Positions 57,344 through 64,000 of a stretch of DNA of 64,000 bases are shown here, piece by piece (positions within the stretch are counted from its first letter, which is position 1; each line of letters starts with the position of its first letter). The translations under genes and the position numbers were made by a program. Source of the DNA: Peribolospora baueri (Eukaryota); the NCBI GenBank assembly GCA_029717555.1, contig JAMDHS010000037.1, positions 1 through 64,000 of the forward strand, in the 5' to 3' direction. The notes under the pieces are model-generated. The model was not told the DNA's origin. It made no database searches and saw nothing but the letters and a program-made list of their open reading frames with translations.

Positions 57344-59640
57344 TCAATCCGGCTGAGCCTGCACGTCGCCCGGGTTTTCGGACGAGGTGGAGTGGGACGT
57401 TGCCGAGACGGGTGGGGCTGATGGTCGGTCCTTCCCGGACGGCCTTGATCGTCCGTCCGTTTCAGATGTCCACGACGAGTGCTCGCCAGGGATAGCCTCT
57501 CCTCTCTTGTTCGTCCCGTCTCGTGCGGCCGATTCCTCTCCGGATGCATGCCCGTTCGCGCTGGCCGTGTCTCCGTTCGCGGCCGCCTCCTTCGATTCCG
57601 AAGACGAGAGCACCGCTCCGCAGCTGCATCTTTCCGGGTTTCGTTTCTTCTTGCCCTTGACCTTGGCGGGCGACGGCGTTGAAGAGGGGGAGAAGCCGAT
57701 GCCATCCGGTGGAACCACCGGAGGCTTCTTCTTCTTCCCTTTGAGCTTTCCGGCGGGAAGGGGAGTCGCCGACTCGGTCGGATCCCGCCGGTCAGCGTCT
57801 CCCTCTGCGCTGCAGCCCTCCTCATCATCGTGCACTTTGCTCTCTAACAGCCCTCCTCCAGCGGCAGCTTTCGCCGCCCGCTCGCTGGCTCGTTTCCGAC
57901 GGTTAACCACCTTTTTCCGGTTCTTGATCGCACGGAGCAGGAGCGACGGCTCGCCGTAGAACAGCTCGTACTCGCAGAAGATGCAGCACCATTCGTCTGG
58001 GAATAGAGAGCAGGTAGTCGTAGGGTGGTCCAGCCCAGGGGCGGCGCTGGAGTGACCGTTGGCATCGTGGTGATGCGCTGGCTCAGAAGGCAAACGAGAG
58101 GGAGTGTAGTTGGCGCGGTGGTGCACGTTGTTCATCGTCGCCTTCTTCCGGCGCGACAGCTTCGGCGGCGGTGGCGGCCCTCCCCCGTTTTTGCCCGCAC
58201 CGCCTGCCTGCCCTGCCTGCCCTGCCTGCTCTGCCTTGAGACCAGTGACCACGCCGGCGCGTTCTCCCTGCCGCGCACCGGCAGATGATACCTGATCGAT
58301 GCCGTTCACAAGCTTCACCGAGCCTCCGCTCTCCTTCGCCTCATTCTTCAATCGCTGCTGCAGAGCGGCCACTTCGACCTCTAGCGCTTTGACCCGGTCG
58401 GCGGTCGGCGACGAGCACACAAAGGTGAATTCGCCGCTGGGACATTGGACCGATGGCTTGGCTTCGTCCTTGGATGGTGCCGCCTTGGGCTTGCTCGCGG
58501 CCGCGAGAGCCTCCTTGTGCGCTAGATAAGCGCGCGTGGCAGCTTGCTGCTTGCGTTCCGACTTGGACAAACGAGGCTTGGTGCGTACTCGCTGCTCCGC
58601 TTCCGCTCGTCTCTCTTGCTCTGACGCCACCAACGCTGCCGTCGAGTCCATCCGCCGCCGAGACAGCCGAGCACGAACTATGCTGCGATGTGCAGCCAGC
58701 CTTCTCTGGCCTTCGCTGACGTGTGCTCGTCGAGGAAGAGACGTGGCTTTGGCGGCCGCCGGCGCATCTAGGGACCGAGGTGGCTCGGGAACGCCTTCGT
58801 CCCGACAACTGGAATCACAGAAGCCGCCGCACTCGGAGCAGTCCTCATGGCCGTCTCTCGAACAGGTGGACCCGTCCCCGCCCAGGCCCCCGTCGGGCCC
58901 TTGAGCAGAGCTTGACCGGGCGCTCTTCCTCTTTTTCGTATTGCCCGAGTTCTCGAGCCAGTCGACGTAGGTGTAGTCCGCCGCTTCATCCTCCCCTTCC
59001 GATTCTGTCTTTTGGACCAAATTGTAGGCGCCGGACAGGCCGTCCGAATGTCGGCCCGCAAAGGGGAAGCTCTGGAAGGAGAACTTGGCCGAGTCGGAGT
59101 ACGGCGTTTGGAGGGGCTTGGCGGTGCCTAGGGTATAGGGGTCGAGGAGGGGAAAGCGGGAGAGGGCGGTGCCGTGAAGAGAGGGAGAAGCGGGAGAGGT
59201 GTACGAGCTCGCGGTAGACAAATCTACCGAGCTTGTCTTGCTCGACGAATCTGCCGCGTGGCTACCGGAGCTGTCCTGGCTGCTGCCAGAAGTGACGCTG
59301 CCAGTGCCAGTGTATGCGGCCGTCTGCGCCTGAGAACGCACGGCGACGGATGTCGGTAGTGGACAAATCCGCCGCCCTGAAGACAAGTGCGATTTGCGAG
59401 GCAGTTCCTGAGCGAAGACGGGCCGCCACAGAGGGGGCCGGCGGGGCAAGGAGGGTGGGCGACACAGAGGAGGCTGAGTGACGAACGAGAAAGAGAACGC
59501 AGGGCCTGAGAGAAAAAAGGCTCGGAGAGGAGCTGTCTTACCTTGATGGGCCGTCCAGAGACGAGCCAGTGCTGGTGGCCCTCCGAGCTGGGGGACGTCC
59601 CGGAGTCGTCGCAGCGTTCGTCGCCCACGAACGACGTCAT
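57344..59640 (-). CDS. Hypothetical protein, low complexity, with Cys motif WCCIFCEYELFYG
   Basis: 701-aa open frame plus a short first exon from the ATG at 59640; basic NLS-like runs, coiled-coil segments and NNVHHRANY. Confidence 0.75.
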
Positions 59641-60241
59641 GTTCGACGACTGGAATGCAGTCGCCGGTGGGAGGGAATGGTATGGCGACGAGGGGTGGAT
59701 GAGAGAATGAAGAGGAGGCGAAACAAGAAAAAGAGATGATCCAAGGGCGTCAAGCAGAGTTGTGGGCGATGGAGGTCTTGTGGATGTCGTCCCCGTCGGG
59801 CTGCCGCCAACCCCGACCGGGTTCGCTTAGGTTGTTTGCCGCGTGCGAATTTGAGCCGCGTCCGGTCAACCCGACGTTGTCGTCACCTGAATCGCTTTCT
59901 TTCTTCTCCTTTCTCGTGGGCACGCATTGCACAAACAAGCACGATATTTTCGCTACGTGACGACGTGAGGTGCCCTGAAGTCCAGCTCAATTCTGGCGAC
60001 CGATAAAGGAAGGGGGTTGGGGTGTCATGTCAAAGGGCTGTCGGCAGGGAGCCCCCACTTACGAGGTCCACTGAGTCTTCCTAAAACCTATTTTTATTTC
60101 TTTTCATTTCCCTCCCTGTGAGGACTTTTGCATTCTTCACCATCACTAAAGAGGACAGACCAGATGATCCACGACCCATGATCCGACAAATACCGGCTCT
60201 ATGCAGAGGGACGGTAACCACGGCGCAACTTCGGGTATCTA

Positions 60242-64000
<3,759 letters not shown>

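Overview
Intron-rich fungal DNA, probably basidiomycete (GTGAGT/GTAAGT/GTCAGT donors, short introns, micro-exons), with about 21 protein-coding genes. All gene models and family calls were made by eye from motifs; no database search was run. (1) 0.8-17.6 kb is a sugar-utilisation cluster: two Gfo/Idh/MocA oxidoreductases, a histidine phosphatase, a Zn2Cys6 regulator, and an MFS sugar porter divergent from a levoglucosan kinase/AnmK-family gene. (2) 17.9-19.0 kb is a decayed endonuclease-less Penelope-like (Coprina-type) retroelement that retains an intact type I hammerhead ribozyme and telomere-like repeats. (3) 19.3-43.3 kb is a nine-gene organic-acid catabolic cluster: Zn2Cys6 TF, succinyl-CoA-ligase-like beta and alpha subunits, CitE-type CoA lyase, itaconyl/mesaconyl-CoA-hydratase-like protein, SSADH-like aldehyde dehydrogenase, TcuA-like flavoprotein, mitochondrial dicarboxylate carrier and a GFA protein. 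Its promoters share a CGGYKTTWA motif, and the beta subunit has lost its nucleotide-binding subdomain. (4) 44.8-64 kb holds mostly more GC-rich, core-type genes: arrestin-like, F-box, Fhit/Hnt2, Zap1-like C2H2, a hypothetical protein and partial tubulin cofactor D. The best candidate for an undescribed system is cluster (3).
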